A stretch of 64,000 nt of DNA from an uncultured Gemmatimonadaceae bacterium (GTDB lineage: Bacteria > Gemmatimonadota > Gemmatimonadetes > Gemmatimonadales > Gemmatimonadaceae). Where the stretch lies: NCBI GenBank assembly GCA_963829055.1, contig CAWHHI010000004.1, positions 384,001 through 448,000 on the forward strand, written 5' to 3'. The notes below the pieces were generated by a model. That model saw only the letters and a program-made list of their open reading frames with translations, searched no databases and had not been told where the DNA came from. This document shows, piece after piece, positions 1 to 10,626 of this stretch. Positions within the stretch are counted from its first letter, which is position 1, and every line of letters starts with the position of its first letter. The position numbers were made by a program, and so were the translations under genes.

Positions 1-248
1 TCGCGATGGGCGAGAATCGTGAACGTGCCCTTCGTCGTTTCGACGGCGACCTTGAACGAGTCGGGCGCCGGCGTCGCAATCGCGTTCTTGTCCGGGTTCG
101 CGAGGGCGCTGTTGGCTCCGCCACCGGTGCTGGCGCCGCCGGCGCCTCCTCCACCTGCATCCGTCTTGCACGCCACGCTGAGGACGACGAGCGCGACTCC
201 TACGGAAGCGCGGACGAGCGTGCGGCCTGGCCCGGACTTGAGCGACAT
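1..248 (-). CDS. Cyclophilin-type peptidyl-prolyl isomerase lipoprotein, 5' part (runs off the window)
   Basis: Manual translation, not in the ORF track: MSLKSGPGRTLVRASVGVALVVLSVAC...APDSFKVAVETTKGTFTILAHR. Lipobox-like SVAC, cyclophilin-like N-terminal strand, AAGGAG RBS upstream. Confidence 0.75.
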   Translation of the reverse strand, partial: MSLKSGPGRTLVRASVGVALVVLSVACKTDAGGGGAGGASTGGGANSALANPDKNAIATPAPDSFKVAVETTKGTFTILAHR

Positions 249-326
249 GAAACGTTCTCCTTCGTGGCGGTTGAAAGCGTCCGCGAAGAAGTTAGTCGCC
301 GGCGTTTCGAGTGGCGAGGCAGCTGA

Positions 327-2827
327 CTATTCCGCACGCATCGCGATGCGCGGGTCTACTCGCGTAGCGCGCCGGGCCGGGATGATGGTCGCAACGAGCG
401 CGACGAGTGCGAGCAGTGCTACGGTCGCCGCGAATACGCGCGGGTCTCGCGGGCTCACGCCGTACAGCAGACCCCGAAGCGCCTGAGCCGCCGGGAACGC
501 CAGTATCGTTCCGACAACGAGGCCACCCAGCGGGAGCCTCATCCCCTGACCAACAACGAGGCGGCCGACGTCAGCCGGCGTCGCGCCGAGCGCGATGCGA
601 ATTCCGATCTCGCGCGTGCGCTCGCTCACGAGACTCGCGACGACTCCGAACACCCCAGTCGCCGCGAGCAATAGCGCGAGGCCAGCGAAGGACGCGAGCA
701 CGGCACTCGTGAATCGCTGCTTCGCCCAGGCACCGCCGAGCTGCTCCGTGAGCAGCCCGAAATCGTAGAGCGCCAGATCGGGGTCGACGTTCTGCATCGC
801 GTCGCGAATGCCGCGCATGGTGGCGGCGGCGTCGCGCGACGTACGCACCATGACCGTGCGCGTGGCGTACGTGAACTGCAGATACGGCGTGTACACCGCA
901 GGGCGAGCGCGGCGGTCGTCGCCTTCCTGATACGGGACGTCACCGACGACGCCAATGACCTCGAGGCTCGAGTCGGGCGAGTCCCACGCGCTCGCGCTGC
1001 CGCCGCCGAACCAGATCCGTGCGCCGATCGGATTCTCGTTCGGCCAGAAGCGCCGCGCCGCGGTCTCGTTGATGATCGCGACGCCGGGTCGGCCTTCGCG
1101 ATCCGTGCTCGCGAACGCCCGTCCGCGCAGCAGGGGAATGTCGAGCGTGCGGAAATGGTCGGGCCCCACGTAATGGCGCATGATGCCTGGCGCCGCTCCA
1201 GGCGCCGGAACGGGGCGCCCGAGCACGAACAGCGAACTGTTCGCGCACGACGCCACGAGTGGCGCGCATCCATCGACGGTCGCCGCGGTCACGCCCGGCA
1301 CTGTCGCAATGGATGCCAACAAGCGCTCGATGAACGCGGGCGCGGCGGTGGTCGCGTAGCGCACCTCCGGTGGCCGCACCGAGAACGTGATGACGTTGCG
1401 TGGATCGATGCCGAGTGACTCGCCTCGCAAGCGCGCGAGCGTCGCGAGCATGAGACTTCCGCCGGTGAGCAGCACGAGCGCGAGTGCGACCTCGACGGCG
1501 ACGGCGATCCCTCGCAGCGAGGCGAACGAGCCTCGTCCCGCGCGCGTGACCGCTCCGCTCTGTCTGAGCGTCGTCGCGAGCGCGGTCTTCGTGGCGGTGA
1601 GCGCCGGCGCGAGCCCGCACAGAAGCGCGGTGACGATCGTCAGACCCGCCGTGAACGCGAGCAGCGTGACGTCGACATGCGGTCGCACGAACTCGCCGAC
1701 GCTGCCATAGAAATTCGACGGCGCAATGGCTCCCGCGGGCGCAACGATCACGCGCGTCGCCCACCACGCGAGCGCAATGCCGATGGCACCACCTAACGAT
1801 GCGAGGAGCGCTGACTCCGTGAGCAGCTGCCTGACGAGTCGTCGGCGCGTGGCGCCGAGCGCGAGGCGCACGGCCATCTCGCGGCGGCGGGACGCGGCAT
1901 GCGTGATGAGCAGGCTGCTCACGTTCGCGCAGGCGAGGAGGATCACCGACGGCCACCGCGCCAAGCAGCACGACCATTGCCCGTCGGGTGGTGGCGTTCA
2001 CGCGAACTTCGGACAACGACACCGCCGTCGCCCCATACGAATCACCGGGGACCTCGGACTCGCTCGGCTCCGCTCGCTGGATGGCCGCGCCGGCCGCGCC
2101 GATCTCCGCGCGAAGTGATGCGATGGAGGCGGTCGGCCGTAGCCGCGCGACGACGCTGATGAAATCCTGATTGGTCGTGAGATACTCGGGATACGTTAGG
2201 CGCGGCGCCTGCACGGCCGGGTACCAGAGCTCAGCGCTACCGGTGAGGCCGCTGAACCCGTCGGGCATGACGCCGATCACGGTGAGATCGCGTGCCGTTC
2301 ACGCGGATGACCTGCCCGAGGACCGCCGGATCGCTGCCGTACCGCCGCCGCCACAGGTCGTGCCCGATGAGGGCCACGAGCGCGCCGGCGGTCTCGCGGT
2401 CTTCCGCGCTCGTGAAAAGGCGCCCGCGCGCCGGCTGCACGCCCAGCACGGCGAAGTAGTCACCGGACACGACCTCGGCGCGTACGGGCTCGGCGTCCGT
2501 CCGACCGGCGAGGTTGACGCTGGAGAGTCCGTAGCTGCCGATGGCGGCGACGGTGTGGAGCGACTTCTCGAGCATACGAAACCGCTGATAGGACCAGCGG
2601 AGTCGCTCGGTGCCGCGCGTGGGCTCGGTGTGAGTCGTGTACAGCATCGCGAGCTGGTCGGGGTCGCGAAACGGCGGAGGCGTGATGAGGGCGGCCTCAG
2701 CAACCGCGAACGTCGCGGTGCCAGCGCCGATCGCGAGGGCCAGCGTGACTACGACCGAGACGGCGAGCGTGCGGTTCTTTCGGAGCGAGCGGGCAGCAAG
2801 GCGGAGATCGCCAATCAATCCATCCAT
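327..2827 (-). CDS. ADOP/MacB-like duplicated ABC transporter permease (frameshifted)
   Basis: DLRLAARSLRK..TLALAIGA N-terminus; [44 protein letters not shown]-terminus. Split across three ORFs. Confidence 0.9.
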
Positions 2828-2994
2828 CAGTCGGCACGGCCTGAGAGGGCGGGCATCATCTTGGGTGGCTGCACCGTAGGACGCCAGTCAGTCAAAGAGC
2901 GCTTGAACGCGTTTGCCAACGCTCCAATCGCGAAGAAGGAGACGTAGCGGGGCTTCCGGCGGCGGCATGGCCAGTACCAAGTGCGTCAGCGACT

Positions 2995-3092
2995 GCTCAG
3001 CAGCAGGTGTCAGGCATCAGGCCCCGTATCCGCCGGCTTGGGTCGCCGTTACCCGCAGTGCCCTGACGCCTGACAACTCGTACTGACGCGAC
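2995..3092. repeat. Inverted short heptamer repeats (TGTCAGG CATCAGG / CCTGACG CCTGACA)
   Basis: Seen in the intergenic sequence downstream of tag. Confidence 0.5.
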
Positions 3093-3139
3093 TCAGTGCT
3101 GAGTCACTGGCCACGCTGCCGAGACAACACCGATAAGCG

Positions 3140-3719
3140 CTAGGTGCCGGACTTCGCGACTTGGCGGTACCGGAAGCAGTTGGTTGCGTGGTCGTTGACC
3201 ATTCCCGTCGCCTGCATGAAGGCATAGCAGATCGTCGAGCCGACGAAGCGGAAGCCGCGCTTCTTGAGGTCCTTGCTCATGGCGTCCGACTGCGGCGTGG
3301 ACGCCGGGACCTGGCCGAGCGCGTTCCACGTGTTCACGCGCGGCTTGCCGTCCACGAAGCGCCAGACGTACGCGTCGAACGAGCCGTGCTCCTTCTGGAC
3401 GTCGAGGAACGCTTTGGCATTCGAGACCGCCGACTCCACCTTGAGGCGATTCCGGACAATGCCCGGGTCGGCGAGCAGCCTTTCTACCTTGCGCGTCGTG
3501 TAGCGAGCGACGCGAGCGGGATCGAAGTCGTCGAACGCTGCGCGGTAGGTGTCACGCTTCTTGAGGATCGTCTCCCAACTCAGTCCGGCCTGGGCGCCCT
3601 CGAGGATCAGGAACTCGAACAGTCGCTGGTCGTCGTGCAGCGGGACGCCCCACTCGGTGTCGTGGTACGGAATGCTCAGGTCCGTGCGTGGCCCATCGAC
3701 ACCGTGTGACGTTAGGCAT
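3140..3719 (-). CDS. tag: DNA-3-methyladenine glycosylase I (frameshift near 5' end)
   Basis: RC.WA, YHDTEWGVP, LFEFLILEGAQAGLSW, GIVRNRLK, GFRFVGSTICYAFMQATGMVNDH..CF. Confidence 0.95.
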
Positions 3720-3737
3720 GATCGTCAGGCGTGGCCG

Positions 3738-4503
3738 TTAGGCATAGAGGTCGTTCACGTCGGCGGCCGCGAGCTCCGTGTAGAAGCCCGCGAGGCGCTC
3801 CGTCACCGCGTCGAAGTAGCGCGCGCCCTTCTCGGGTGTCGCCGCGGCTGGATTGCCGGTGCCGGTATCGTCGGTGACCTTCGTCCACTGCCGAGGCGCC
3901 CATGCCCAGCCGTCACGCAGGCCGGCCACCCGTGAAGCGTCGCGCGCGTCCCGCGCCCGCGTCGCTGAGCGGAAGCACGAGCTCCGGCATCAGGTGCTGC
4001 ACGAGACTCGTCTCGAGCTCGCCCGCGTGATCGCCCGGCTCGTCGAAGAACGGGCGAGGATCGAGGCAGCTGTACCAGTTGATCGTGCAGATGAACGGTC
4101 GCGCCGTCGGCTGCAGCTCGCGGATCATCTGCCGGAAATCGTTCCCGCCGTGACCGTTGAGGATCACGAGCTTCGCGATGTTCGCGGCAGCGACCACGTT
4201 CGCGACGTCGGCCAGCACCGCCGCCTGCGTGGACGGGTTCAGGTTCATGCACAGGGGAATGTCCAGCTGTCCCGTGTTCACACCGAATGGCACGCATGGC
4301 AGAACGATCGCGCGCGCCCCCTGCTCCCACGCGCGACGCGCGGACTCGGCGGCGACCGCGTCACTCTCGATGACGTCGGTGCCGTACGGGAGATGGTAGT
4401 TGTGGGCTTCCGTGGCGCCCCAGGGGAGGATCGCGACGTCGTAGCGTGTGTCGCGAACGGTCTTCCAGTTCGTCTCAGCGAGGATGTATGGGCGTCCGGC
4501 CAT
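3738..4503 (-). CDS. Creatininase family amidohydrolase (frameshift near 3920)
   Basis: GATEAHNYHLPYGTD, NGHGGN, DHAGELETS, DTGTGNPAAATPEKG. Confidence 0.9.
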
Positions 4504-5050
4504 CGAAGTCGGTTATGAGTCGCGGGTGGCCGTCGACCATATCGTAGAAGCGGATCCGGTCGGGCTGTTTGCTCTTGGCGAGCAAGATGATCTGCCCGGT
4601 GTGCATCGAGAAGTGCTCGACGACGTGATACACCGCCTCGAGCACCGAGACGTCGTTCGCCTGGATCGTGCGTCGCGTGTGCAGATCGGCAGGCGTCAGC
4701 GAGGCGAGCACGCGATCGACGTCGGTGACGGTCTGCTCGAGCCAGTCGATGAGGCTCGTGGCGGGCAGCGGCGCCCGCTGATCGAATTCGCTCTGACGGT
4801 CGCGGATGTCGGCTGCGCCGCCGACGCCGCTCACGATCCACTGCCGCGCGTTACCGGAGAGGTGGAGCATCAGGTTGCCGATGCTGTTCGACGACTCGTT
4901 AGGCCGAGCCCAGATGATATCGTCGTCGAGCACGGAGACCGCGAGGCGGATCTTCGTCAGATACTCGCGCAGGTAGCGCCGCGAGAGCGCGATGAGCATC
5001 TCGGCCGTCGCTCGCTCGCCGGCAACGGGTGTCGCACCTGGTGCCGTCAT
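4475..5050 (-). CDS. DinB/DUF1572 family protein
   Basis: WARPNESSNSIGNLMLHLSGN, RDRQSEF, VEHFSMHTGQII. Confidence 0.85.
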   Translation of the reverse strand: MTAPGATPVAGERATAEMLIALSRRYLREYLTKIRLAVSVLDDDIIWARPNESSNSIGNLMLHLSGNARQWIVSGVGGAADIRDRQSEFDQRAPLPATSLIDWLEQTVTDVDRVLASLTPADLHTRRTIQANDVSVLEAVYHVVEHFSMHTGQIILLAKSKQPDRIRFYDMVDGHPRLITDFDGRTPIHPR

Positions 5051-5607
5051 CGCATCGCTACCGTCATGGGATCATCGACGAGCCTGATGAGGCGTGTCGC
5101 GAACGTGGCGAGCGGCTCCCACCCCGAGGGCGCCGCGTCGCTCCAGCGGTAGCGCGTCTCGTGCAGCTCTTCGCCGAGCGTGAGCTCGATGATCGTGGCG
5201 TCGAGCGGCGGTTCCGGCTGGTGCGGCCGGCACGTGATCGTTGCCTCGGCGAGACTCGCGAGCATCGCGTCGACGACGTTCGTATCCACGTCGAGCCGCA
5301 CGGATCGGAGCGACGGCGGGCGTTTGGTCGCGAGGTCGGCGACGAAGATGTCGCCTGCGCCGATGAGCGCGTCGCGGAAGATGCGCGGCGTTGGGACGTC
5401 GAGCGCGCGTTGCCACACGGTCCGCACGACGTAGAGATCGCCACTCGCGGAGCGTCGAACATCGCGGGCGACGGGGTCATCGAACGTCGGGATAGTCAGC
5501 AGGAGCGCGACGCGACTGCCGTAGCCTGACTCGCCGGCGCGCCCGTCGCGCAGCTGCTGAATCGCGTGGTCGAATGCGGAGCGGTGGAGATGAATAGGAA
5601 AGCGCAT
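5047..5607 (-). CDS. Hypothetical protein
   Basis: 186-aa ORF; its stop overlaps the next start (ATGA). Confidence 0.6.
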   Translation of the reverse strand: MRFPIHLHRSAFDHAIQQLRDGRAGESGYGSRVALLLTIPTFDDPVARDVRRSASGDLYVVRTVWQRALDVPTPRIFRDALIGAGDIFVADLATKRPPSLRSVRLDVDTNVVDAMLASLAEATITCRPHQPEPPLDATIIELTLGEELHETRYRWSDAAPSGWEPLATFATRLIRLVDDPMTVAMR

Positions 5608-5836
5608 AGGACGACGGGTGAAGAAGGAACAGAGAATCTGTCCTCAGCGCTTCGTGATGTCTATCGGGAACGGCGCTGGTGGCTGGGCGGTCGTGCTGGT
5701 CGCTGGCTGAACGAAGCGTTAGGTGATCCTCACGAAAATGACGTTATTTCTATCGAGCTCAGCCGGCGCGTCGGGCCCAACAGTTGCGGGCGGCAGCGAG
5801 CACGCAAGGGCACCGCTCCCCATCGAGGAGGTACCG

Positions 5837-6172
5837 ATGGCAATGGATCGAGAACGCTCCGCGGACGTTCCCACGATCACCACCGAGGCGTCCCTGGCAA
5901 CCCTGGGCCCCGATTGGGACACCGAGGACGCGTACTGGCAAAGCGCATATCCGGAGCGACCGTATGCGCGCGCCGACCGTGGCTTCGACTACTACCGCGC
6001 CGCGTACCGCTTCGGAGCCGAACGCGCCACGCTCTGGCGGCACCGCGAGTGGACAGACGCCGAGCGCTCGCTGCATGAGGCGTGGATGGCGACAGCCGAT
6101 GCGGTCAACGCCGCGTGGGATGAGATGAAGGAGGCCATCCGCGACGCCTGGGACCACGTCCGCGGTCGGTGA
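5837..6172 (+). CDS. Hypothetical Trp/Tyr-rich small protein
   Basis: GAGGAGG RBS; EDAYW..RPY..YYRAAYRFG..W..WDEMKEAIRDAWD. Confidence 0.75.
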   Translation: MAMDRERSADVPTITTEASLATLGPDWDTEDAYWQSAYPERPYARADRGFDYYRAAYRFGAERATLWRHREWTDAERSLHEAWMATADAVNAAWDEMKEAIRDAWDHVRGR

Positions 6173-6192
6173 CGACCGACGACATTCGTAGG

Positions 6193-6364
6193 CGCATTCC
6201 GAGCGAAGGCCGAGCGATCGACGAATCGCGTGTCATTCCGAGCGCAGCGCCGAAGGCGCGAAGTGGAGGAATCGAGCCTCGTTGGTAAGGGCCCCTCTAT
6301 CAGACGGTCGCGATTCCTCGACTCGCTGTCGCTCGCTCGGAATGACAACCCGCTCGGAATGACA
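6193..6364. repeat. REP-like palindromic element, TGTCATTCCGAGCG...GAGGAATCG family
   Basis: Arm at 6231 (TGTCATTCCGAGCG..GAGGAATCG) pairs with inverted arm CGATTCCTC..CGCTCGGAATGACA; extra terminal copy at 6351-6364; lies between convergent genes. Confidence 0.85.
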
Positions 6365-6372
6365 CGGGTGCG

Positions 6373-6699
6373 TTAGGCGGTCACCGTTTCCCGGACGAAG
6401 ATCGCGTGCGCGCCGGCGAAGTCGAGGATCAACATGTCGCCGGCGCCGAGCGCGAAGCGCGTCGACATGGCGTGAGGCGCGCTCGGATTGTCGGTCTCGA
6501 GCAGGTCACCTGTGGTGCGGTAGATCAACGGCACCACCAGCTCACGTCCGTCGACCGAGAGGATGTAGCGCAGGTGGCCGCCCGGCTGGAACTCCATGCG
6601 TACGCCGGGCCCGAAGTCGAGCGACGGGTCGCTCCTCATGAGACGCCAGAGGCCGAACAGCCACGACGGCGTTGGGTCGTTGAACACGGGCTGGGTCAC
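6373..6699 (-). CDS. Hypothetical protein
   Basis: GTG start; LFGLWRLMRSDPSLDFGPGVRMEF, beta-rich. Confidence 0.65.
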   Translation of the reverse strand: MTQPVFNDPTPSWLFGLWRLMRSDPSLDFGPGVRMEFQPGGHLRYILSVDGRELVVPLIYRTTGDLLETDNPSAPHAMSTRFALGAGDMLILDFAGAHAIFVRETVTA

Positions 6700-6884
6700 G
6701 CGAAGTCGAGCCGGGAAGAGCTGAAGAAAATCGAGGTGGCCGGATGCCGCCCGGATCGGGTGCCGCGTCGAATCCAAGATGTTTTCCGGTGATGACGCCG
6801 TCCAGCCACCGATGACGCCGCCGCTGACCCGGGACTGGCAGGCATGTTGCCTCGGCCAAACTGCAGAACGTTCAGGAGTGGCAA

Positions 6885-7483
6885 ATGGCTGAGGTGTTGG
6901 TGGAGTTCGACGCGGCATTCCACGGGTCCGATGGAGCGAACTACGCGCCACGAGCCTGCGCACGCCTCGGCGACGACGGGTTGTGGGAGGGATGGCTGGA
7001 GTTCAGCGATCTCGACACTGGTGCAGTCATCCGCAGTGGGCGAGAAACGACGCAGCCGACACGCGATGACGTCATGTATTGGGCGACCGGCCTCACGCGT
7101 GTGTACCTCGAAGGTGCACTCGAGCGCGCGCTCAGGCCACTTCGCGTCGTGGAGCCGCTGCGCACCCACGAGGAACCGACTTTCGATGGCCCTGCGCCCG
7201 ATCTCGAGGTCGTCGACGAGATCGCGGTGCCGCGCGCGGTGCTCGATCCCGTTCGAGGTCTACGTGCAGGGTGAGCAGGTCCTGCGGCAGGAGCTTTCGG
7301 CGCTGAGCATCGACCACCTGCGTGCGATTGTCGACGCGTACGGTCTCGGCGGCGGCGTGGCTGCCACCTCGCCAGTGCCTGCGGTGCTCGATCGAGTACA
7401 TCGTGGCCGAGGTGCGCAGTCGTTTCGTGCCACCGGCCAGAGACGTCATCGAAGACGGTCGATCACTCCTTCCAGAACCGTAA
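6885..7483 (+). CDS. Hypothetical protein (frameshifted)
   Basis: AGGAG RBS; WEGWLEF..RETTQP..YWATGLT.VYLEGALERA, continuing after a shift as FEVYVQGEQVLRQEL. Confidence 0.7.
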
Positions 7484-7922
7484 CGGCGGCGTCGAGCACC
7501 TCGCGCTCGTCAGGCGCGAGCGCGCGAACTTCCGCGGTGAGTGCCGCGACCCGCCGCGCTCGGCCACGCAGTAGCAGCGTGCGCCCGTTAGGCGTTGCGC
7601 GAATCCGCGTGAGGCGCCCGTCGCTCGCGTCGGGCTCACGCGTCACGAGACCGTCGGCCTCCAGCGCCGTGACGAGGCGCGTCATGGTCGGCGGGCGGAC
7701 CTGTTCCGCGTTCGCGAGCTCGCCGAGTGTGAGCGGTCCGCCGAAGACGAGCACGGACAGAGCGGACAGACGGGGCGCGCTCAGGCCGCTCGTGGCGTCT
7801 TCGCGACGCAGCCGCCGCAGCAGATGAATCGCCGCGGAGTGCAGGCGATCCGCCGTCCGCTCGGCGTCGTCCTGCGCGCTCTCGCGCTCTGATTTATTCG
7901 GTCTTGCGCGCGGCGACGCCAT
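7446..7922 (-). CDS. MarR family transcriptional regulator
   Basis: LSALSVL..GPLTLGELA..EQVRPPTMTRLVTALEADGLVTR..D.R winged HTH. Confidence 0.92.
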   Translation of the reverse strand: MASPRARPNKSERESAQDDAERTADRLHSAAIHLLRRLRREDATSGLSAPRLSALSVLVFGGPLTLGELANAEQVRPPTMTRLVTALEADGLVTREPDASDGRLTRIRATPNGRTLLLRGRARRVAALTAEVRALAPDEREVLDAAVTVLEGVIDRLR

Positions 7923-7930
7923 TCCACATA

Positions 7931-7951
7931 ATCGTTAGCATTGCTAATGAT
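7931..7951. promoter_or_regulatory. Palindromic MarR operator candidate
   Basis: ATCGTTAGCA-T-TGCTAATGAT, one mismatch, AT-rich, between divergent marR and VOC genes. Confidence 0.7.
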
Positions 7952-7989
7952 AATCGACCGCAACTTCAGGTGAGAACCCGGAGCCGACG

Positions 7990-8379
7990 ATGACCATGAC
8001 GCCTGCCGCCGTAGCACTCGACACGATTGGACAGATCGCCATCCGCGCGAAGGACATTGCGCGCGCCGTGCAGTTCTATCGTGACACGCTCGGGATGCGC
8101 TTTCTGTTCGAGTTCCCGAACCTGGCGTTCTTCGACTGCGGCGGCGTGCGGCTCATGCTGAGCCCGTCCGAGGAGCCGGGCTTCGATCATCCGGGCTCGG
8201 TGATCTACTACAAGGTGAAGGACATCACTGGGAGCTACGAGTCGCTGAAGCAACGCGGCGTCGAGTTCATTGACCAACCGCATCTGATCGCGAAGATGCC
8301 CGATCACGATCTGTGGATGGTGTTCCTCAGGGATACGGAGGGGAATACGCTCGCCTTCATGTCGGAGATAGCTCACTGA
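7990..8379 (+). CDS. VOC/glyoxalase family protein
   Basis: IGQIAI..D..RAVQFYRDTLG, LAFFDCGGVRLML, FLRDTEGNTLA. Confidence 0.92.
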   Translation: MTMTPAAVALDTIGQIAIRAKDIARAVQFYRDTLGMRFLFEFPNLAFFDCGGVRLMLSPSEEPGFDHPGSVIYYKVKDITGSYESLKQRGVEFIDQPHLIAKMPDHDLWMVFLRDTEGNTLAFMSEIAH

Positions 8380-8386
8380 AGGACTG

Positions 8387-8475
8387 AGCGGATGGCGGAG
8401 GGCGGACGGCGGAGGGCGCGCGTCACTTCGGCAAGCAGTGGCCTTTCCGCCGTCCGCCCTCCGCCATCCGCCTTC
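8387..8475. repeat. Inverted heptamer array (GGCGGAN)n / (NTCCGCC)n
   Basis: ggatggcggagggcggacggcggagggc ... gccgtccgccctccgccatccgcc, between convergent genes. Confidence 0.8.
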
Positions 8476-9111
8476 CTATCTGCGGTACGCCACCAGCACC
8501 CCATCACGGATCGGAATGATGGAAGCGATCCACTCATCGCTCTCCATGATGCGGCGCGTCACGGCGCGCACGCCCTCCGTGTTCGCCGACGTGTCGGACG
8601 CATCGAGAATGCGGCCGCTCCACAGCAGGTTGTCGATGATCAGCGCGCCGCCTCGGCGCAGCTTCGGCAGGATCGCATCGATCGACGCCGGATAGCCGGC
8701 CTTGTCGATGTCGTTGAAGATGATGTCGAACGGGCCGTCGGTCGCGCGGAGCGTCTCGACCGCTTCGGCGACGTGGAAGCGAATGAGGTCGGAGTACCCG
8801 AGGCGCTCGAGGTGCTCGCGCGCGCGAGTGGAAAGGTCTTCGTCCCACACGACGTGGTGCACCTCGCCTCCTCCGTTCTCGCGCACCGCGCGCGCGAACC
8901 AGGCGGTCGAGTAGCCGAAGCCCGAGCCGAGCTCGAAGATGCGACGCGCGCCGATCAGGCGAGCGACGAGATAGCAGAGCTGTCCTGATGCCGGGCCGAT
9001 GATCGGGAAGTTCGTCGACTCCGCGATCCGCTCCATCTCCTGCAACTCGGCCGGCCGTTCCGGGACGAGGTCGTCCAGGTAGCGGGAGATCTCAGGCGCG
9101 AGAATGTCCAT
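8476..9111 (-). CDS. O-methyltransferase (class I SAM-dependent)
   Basis: FELGSGFGYS, FDIIFNDIDK..Y, DNLLWSG, IPIRDGV. Confidence 0.92.
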   Translation of the reverse strand: MDILAPEISRYLDDLVPERPAELQEMERIAESTNFPIIGPASGQLCYLVARLIGARRIFELGSGFGYSTAWFARAVRENGGGEVHHVVWDEDLSTRAREHLERLGYSDLIRFHVAEAVETLRATDGPFDIIFNDIDKAGYPASIDAILPKLRRGGALIIDNLLWSGRILDASDTSANTEGVRAVTRRIMESDEWIASIIPIRDGVLVAYRR

Positions 9112-9180
9112 GGCGTGCGCGTTCGGCGTTCGAGGGTGAATGCAGCAGTGCTACGGCCGTGCCAGCTACCGCCAGGCCAG

Positions 9181-9588
9181 CTACCAGAGTTCGACGCCCG
9201 GCTGGCCTGCGTAGGCCATCCCTTCGAGGATACCGCCGCCCTGGACATCCCACGCGGGCCGGCGCGGGTCAGGCGGAACCGAGATGGCGGAGCTGTCGGT
9301 GAACGCGACCGTGAGGGTGCCGTTGCGTGTGACGGTCACACTGCGGACGCCGAGTCCGACCATGGCGAGGCAGGGGGAGAGTCGCTCGGTATCGGCGGGG
9401 TCGATGTGCCGAGTGGCGCCGCTCGCGAGCTGTAGCGTGAAAGGCCCGGCAACGCGGACGTCGGCTGAGCCATCGAGCGACCACGTCTGGATGCGGATCG
9501 ACGACCGGTCGATCACGAGCTGTGTGACGCGGTGATCCAGCAGTACCCAGTGGTGTTCGTCTTCCGACTCGATCAGCTGGGCATTCAC
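9181..9588 (-). CDS. Hypothetical protein (DUF6188-like)
   Basis: VTQLVID..GPFTL..IDP..GTLTVAFTD..ISVPPD...AW pattern. Confidence 0.6.
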   Translation of the reverse strand: MNAQLIESEDEHHWVLLDHRVTQLVIDRSSIRIQTWSLDGSADVRVAGPFTLQLASGATRHIDPADTERLSPCLAMVGLGVRSVTVTRNGTLTVAFTDSSAISVPPDPRRPAWDVQGGGILEGMAYAGQPGVELW

Positions 9589-9613
9589 GCGAGCACTCCC
9601 TCGGTCTGGCCGG

Positions 9614-10192
9614 CTACGGCTTGATGTGAATCGGAGTGCCGACCGGAACGGCGCTCCAGATCTCCTCGATTTCCTCGTTCGTGACGGCGATGCATCCCTC
9701 GGTCCAATCGAACTCTCGGTGAGCGGCGCCGACCCACGCCTGTCGCGGTGGCAGCCCATGAATCATGATGTCGCCGCCGGGCGACACGCCCAGCGCCTGA
9801 GCTCGCGCGCGGTGGGCTGCATCAGGATACGAGATGCGCAGTGCGCGATGGAAGCGGCTCTCGAGATTTCGCGCTTCGATGGTGAACCTCCCCTCGGGCG
9901 TACGCATGTCTCCTCTGCTCACCTTGTCGCCGACCGGATGCTCGCCCAACGCCACGAGATAGCTGCGGACCACCGCGCCGTTGTGGTAGAGCGACAGGCG
10001 ATGCGATGATTTCTCGACGACGATGCTGTCGGCAACGATCGAAGGTGATCGCGCGGCAGGGGTTCTCGGGGCTCTGGATGGGGCGCGCGAGCTGTCGGCG
10101 GAGCCGGCGAGCGTGAGCGCGATCGTGCCAACGAGGAGCGGGAGGGCCATCGTCGCAGACAACCTGGGTATAGCGTACAAGACGTTCGGCAT
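9614..10192 (-). CDS. L,D-transpeptidase (YkuD family)
   Basis: GDK..GDMRTPEG, LRISYP, IMIHG...DWTEGCIAV. Confidence 0.92.
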   Translation of the reverse strand: MPNVLYAIPRLSATMALPLLVGTIALTLAGSADSSRAPSRAPRTPAARSPSIVADSIVVEKSSHRLSLYHNGAVVRSYLVALGEHPVGDKVSRGDMRTPEGRFTIEARNLESRFHRALRISYPDAAHRARAQALGVSPGGDIMIHGLPPRQAWVGAAHREFDWTEGCIAVTNEEIEEIWSAVPVGTPIHIKP

Positions 10193-10397
10193 CGCCGAAG
10201 CTGGCGATGTCGTGTGGATGACGTGCGGCGTCCGTCGGCGGCAACGGGAGTACCGCCGACGAACTATGAGCGCCAATGTAGGATCCTGTACTTCCAAACG
10301 TCCAGTGGGGAGGAGCGGCGAGCGGACGCTCGAGCTTGCCAGTCGGTCAGTCGTGCGGCCTAACGATCCTACGTTTCCGCGTCGTCGGCGCGCGACG

Positions 10398-10625
10398 TTA
10401 AAACCGCCTCACGAGTCGCACTTCGACATACGTCCGGCGAAACCCGAACTTCTCGTTCACGTGTACCATGGCCGGGTTGCCGGACGCGGTCGCGAGCTGG
10501 CGAACGCCGTTGTCCCGCGCCCACCGGATGCAGCTCGCCTTGAGCGTCGTCGCGATGCCGAGCCCGCGATACGCCGGGCGAACGGCAGTTCTCGAAGCGT
10601 GGACGCGCGCGAATGCCGTTCCGCG
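10398..10625 (-). pseudogene. GNAT acetyltransferase C-terminal remnant
   Basis: Manual translation: TAVRPAYRGLGIATTLKASCIRWARDNGVRQLATASGNPAMVHVNEKFGF..RRF*. No start codon before the cupin gene end. Confidence 0.7.
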
Positions 10626-10626
10626 G

